Source of the DNA: Heteronotia binoei
Lineage: Eukaryota
Length of the DNA stretch: 64,000 bases
Reading direction: 5' to 3'
Assembly (NCBI RefSeq): GCF_032191835.1
Contig: NC_083237.1
Coordinates: forward strand, 14,942,001-15,006,000
The notes under the pieces are model-generated. The model was not told the DNA's origin, did no database searches, and was given only the letters and a program-made list of their open reading frames with translations. The number at the start of each line of letters is the position of its first letter. Position 1 is the stretch's first letter. A program made the position numbers and the translations under genes. Positions 60,153-64,000 of this stretch are shown here, piece after piece.

Positions 60153-60465
60153 CAGGACAATGCATATATACTTGTTCCATTTGCAGATGCTGTGCTCTGT
60201 AACTAGTGGTCATGTGGAAGTTGGGGATAGGACCAACGTATTTATACCCAGCCCTCTTGACACACATTTAGCAAATGCACAATTGATATGCTAGGCAGGA
60301 CTCCTGTGTTTATGTGGAGAGTAATCACTTTTATGTCTCACTAAAAGTTATGTCTAGATATTTGTGACTGTAAGGCTTTTGCAAACCTTGAAATGAAAAT
60401 GAGCAAAATCACAGTTGAAGTTGTCTGCAATGGTGCCACACACACCCTCCCCCCCCCCCCCAAGC
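60031..60465. repeat. Left arm of a large inverted repeat
   Basis: Reverse complement of 63566-64000. Confidence 0.88.
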
Positions 60466-61298
60466 ACATTCCATCGCTTCTGAATATCATATAAAAGTGA
60501 CTTGTGTGGCTTTATCAGAGATACATCCCCTGGGAAATGCTGCTTTCTAACCTTTGACTACTGGTGAAATAGGCCAACAGGAGGGCAAGCAGAACAGATG
60601 ATGAAACTAGCTGCGTGTGTGTATTTATGAATCGTTTATTAAGTTTTATTAAAGTTACAGTGCCTAACTTTCCTTTGCACAGAAAGTTTGGAGTACAATG
60701 TAGTCACTGCAGGTATTCACAGCAGGGGACCCACTGAGACCTAAAGAGACAACAAGAAAGTTGGAAGGAAGTTGGAACTTTCTCATTTACATTAACTCAG
60801 CAGCACAGAAACACTGCTTTTGGTGTAATGAATGACATTTGCTGTAACCTATGGTTACCTGAAAGCCTGGTGAATTAATGCTCAAAAGAGGCAATCCCCT
60901 CTGGGACAGATCCAGGCCCTCCTCTGCAATTAAGTCTAATTGCACCAGCAGTCAGAGCAGGCATCAGGTGCGCCCGCCAACTAACTTTGAAAGCAACTTT
61001 GACGAGCCGTTAATTACTAAGGAGGGTGGTTCTGCAGTCATGGAGACCAACTTTTCTGTCTGTTGGAAGCAGCTGCTCCTTCTCGTGCACTCTGCATTTA
61101 TCATATCAACACACAGATGTCCCAGCTGATCACAGATTCATTCTGCTTAGCTGAATAACACAGGGACAAAAAAATAATGCTTTCCCTAGACTTTAGGATA
61201 GTTTCTTCTGCTACTGTTGCCGCTCTGAGCCGCTAAAAAAAAGAAAAGAAAAAAGAAACCTGACCAAGTTTTCAGACACGAGGCTTCATCCCTTACAC

Positions 61299-61434
61299 CA
61301 GGGGTGGCCAACGGTAGCTCTCCAGATGTGTTTTGCCTACAACTCCCATCAGCCCCAGCCAGCATGGCCAATGGCTGGGACTGATGGGAGTTGTAGGCAA
61401 AAAACATCTGGAGAGCTACCGTTGGCCACCCCTG
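61299..61434. mobile_element. hAT MITE with perfect 8-bp TSD
   Basis: ccttacac|caggggtggcc...ggccacccctg|ccttacac. Confidence 0.9.
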
Positions 61435-61660
61435 CCTTACACATTACTTACATGGTTAACAGAAATTTTTTTTAAGTAAAGGAACAAGGCATTTGTAACA
61501 TATGGATTCTGTTCAATACAGACTCTGAATTAACGGTAGAAGAAGCATCACTTGTAATGGGAAAAACTCAGAATACATGGCAGTTGGAGTCCTGTCGCAC
61601 CTTTGAGATCAACAAAGTTTTATTTCCCACCCCCCACTAAAGTATCTTTATTGGGGGGGG

Positions 61661-61981
61661 NNNNNNNNNNNNNNNNNNNNNNNNNNNNNNNNNNNNNNNN
61701 NNNNNNNNNNNNNNNNNNNNNNNNNNNNNNNNNNNNNNNNNNNNNNNNNNNNNNNNNNNNNNNNNNNNNNNNNNNNNNNNNNNNNNNNNNNNNNNNNNNN
61801 NNNNNNNNNNNNNNNNNNNNNNNNNNNNNNNNNNNNNNNNNNNNNNNNNNNNNNNNNNNNNNNNNNNNNNNNNNNNNNNNNNNNNNNNNNNNNNNNNNNN
61901 NNNNNNNNNNNNNNNNNNNNNNNNNNNNNNNNNNNNNNNNNNNNNNNNNNNNNNNNNNNNNNNNNNNNNNNNNNNNNNNNN
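61661..61981. other. Assembly gap
   Basis: Run of N. Confidence 1.
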
Positions 61982-62011
61982 GGATACAAAATCCATCAAA
62001 ACAAGATACAA

Positions 62012-62426
62012 AATACACCAACACAGTTTTATTAAGAATTAAGCTTTCATGTGCTAGAAGCATACTTCATCAAACAACGAAATGGGGTACAGTGAGCATT
62101 GCTACATATAGCTTGTGAGCAGGGTTAAGCATGCAAAATTTACAAAGTTAGAACCCAGTGGCAAAAAAGCGGAATTAACAAATTGGAAGAATAAGAGTTT
62201 GATCTGAATAGTATGAGTTGCCATTGGATTCCAACTTTGTATATTTTGCTTGCTTAACCCTACCGACGAGCTATATGTAGCACTGCTAACTGGACTCTGT
62301 TTCATTGTCTGATGAAGTTTGCTTCTAGCACACATTCTCAATAAAACTTGGTTGGTCTTAAAGGTGCTCCTGGACTCTAACTTTGTTCTACTGCTTCAGA
62401 CCAACACATCTGCCTCCCTGGATCTA
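62012..62426. mobile_element. Penelope-like foldback element with hammerhead-like cores
   Basis: About 150-bp inverted arms (agggttaagc...acaaagtt / aactttgt...gcttaaccct); CTGATGA at 62309. Confidence 0.75.
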
Positions 62427-62714
62427 TCATAATACAGTTGACAATGATTATAACCATAGTTTATGAAGCCATTTGTTCAGTTCTTAACACACCGACAGCA
62501 TCACTAAAAGTGCTAACTAATGCAGAATTGCTTCCGTCTAAGAGGCTTAGATTGGAGTAATTCTGCATTCCTTTGCATCGTTAATGTTATTTTTTAAAAA
62601 ACAAGATGTGACTCTCTCAGCATCCCACAAGCCCCACGGAACAATTATCAATATATCTAGTTCTCATAAAGGACAAATCTGTGACTACTTGTGATTGGAG
62701 CCAAGAATAGACTA

Positions 62715-62793
62715 AATAGATGGTTTTACAAACCCCGGATGTGGAGAAAAACCTGAGCCACTCTGTGGGAAGGGCGGGATATAAATTACGGAA

Positions 62794-62856
<63 letters not shown>
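62715..62856 (+). mobile_element. L2 3' end with (TAAA)n tail
   Basis: cctgagccactctgtgggaagggcgggatataaat followed by (TAAA)n. Confidence 0.75.
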
Positions 62857-63565
62857 ATCTGAAACAAAACGAAACAAAATGAAAGCTTAAGCCCCCAAAT
62901 AATAGAATCAACACCTATGGCTTTAAGAAATGAGTGCCCTCACTTAGTAGCATTGCTAGGCAACTGCACAGTATTACCAGCCTTCAGGCCTTGGTTTCTG
63001 CCAGTAAAAGATCCTCCCCTCTACTAATGACCGCAAGGAGGGTGGGTCTAGCATTGCCCCTGCTCAGGCCCCCAACACTAGACTGGGCCTGGCTTACACC
63101 CCCATTCATGCTAATCTCCTTGGTTTGTTCCATAATCAGGACCTCAACTAGACTGCCACAAACTATCTTTGAGAAGGTTTCACCCGGGGTTTCCACATCA
63201 TGTTCATTGCCCCCCTCCCATAGTATTCTCTTGGAGTCAGACAACCTTACATCTGCCTGTGACATGCCTGACCTCATAGCTGCCAATGTGGTCAAGGAGT
63301 TTGCAATAGGCAGGGCCATGAGCCCATTCAGTTCACTTTCTATCCCAAACCTGAGGGCTGATCCCCAAGAAGATCCTGGGCAAGTTCAGACTTATCCATC
63401 ATCTGTCCTACCCCAAAGGGTCATCAGCCAATGAGGCCATTCCACAGGAGTACTGCTAGGACTTTTTTCGTAGGAGGAACTCCTTTGTATATTAGGCTAC
63501 ATACCCTTGATGTAGCCAATCCTCCAGAAATTTACAATAGATCCTGCAAGCTCTTGGAGAATTGG

Positions 63566-64000
63566 CTTGGGGGAGGTGTGTGTGTGTGGCACCATTGCAG
63601 AAAATCCCACCTGTGATTTACTCATTTCCAGTTCAAGGTCTGCAAAAACCTTACATTTACAAATATCTAGGCATAGCTTTTAGTGAAACCCTGAAATGAA
63701 ACATACCAGTGATTACTCTCCGCATAAATACAGGAGTCCTGCCTAGCATTTCATTTGTGTATTTGATCAATGTGTGTAGAGATAGCTGGATATGAGTACG
63801 TTGGTCCTATCCCCCACTTCCACATGACCACTAGTTACAGAGCACAGCATCTGCAAATGGAACAAGTATATATGCATTGTCCTGCAGGGCTTTTTTTGTA
63901 GAAGAAGCTCCTTTGCATATTAGGCTGCAGCCCCATGATGTAGCCAATCCTCCAAGAACTTACAGTAGGCCCTGTAAGAAGAGCTCTGTAAGCTCTTGGA
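63566..64000. repeat. Right arm of a large inverted repeat (runs off the window)
   Basis: e.g. gcatctgcaaatggaacaagtatatatgcattgtcctgcagggc is the exact reverse complement of 60147-60190. Confidence 0.88.

Overview
Eukaryotic vertebrate DNA, not prokaryotic. It is a squamate reptile, probably a gecko, judged from Sauria SINEs, Squam3-like SINEs and the reptile CR1/L2/RTEX/Penelope repertoire (inference). The window is part of a vomeronasal type-2 receptor (V2R, class C GPCR) cluster with four genes. Gene 1 is on the minus strand; exons 1-4 lie at 2549-5998 and the rest is off-window. Three complete, apparently intact 6-exon genes lie on the plus strand: gene 2 (16895-27840, 880 aa), gene 3 (31441-44868, 879 aa) and gene 4 (48232-55159, 867 aa). 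All splice sites are GT-AG with consistent phases. Genes 2 and 3 sit in a tandem duplication (about 14627-28213 vs 29240-45253) whose non-coding parts are clearly diverged, yet it contains sharply bounded near-identical tracts that suggest gene conversion. Between the head-to-head genes 1 and 2 is a decayed tyrosine-recombinase (DIRS-order, Ngaro-like) retrotransposon with gag, RT/RNase H, YR and an extra SGNH-hydrolase ORF; a SINE and a solo LTR are nested in its YR. Other features are many LINE/SINE/MITE insertions (several with exact TSDs and empty sites in the paralog), Penelope-like foldback elements with degenerate hammerhead ribozyme cores, a large inverted repeat at the right edge, and four N gaps. 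Identities and alignments were done by eye; no database searches were run.
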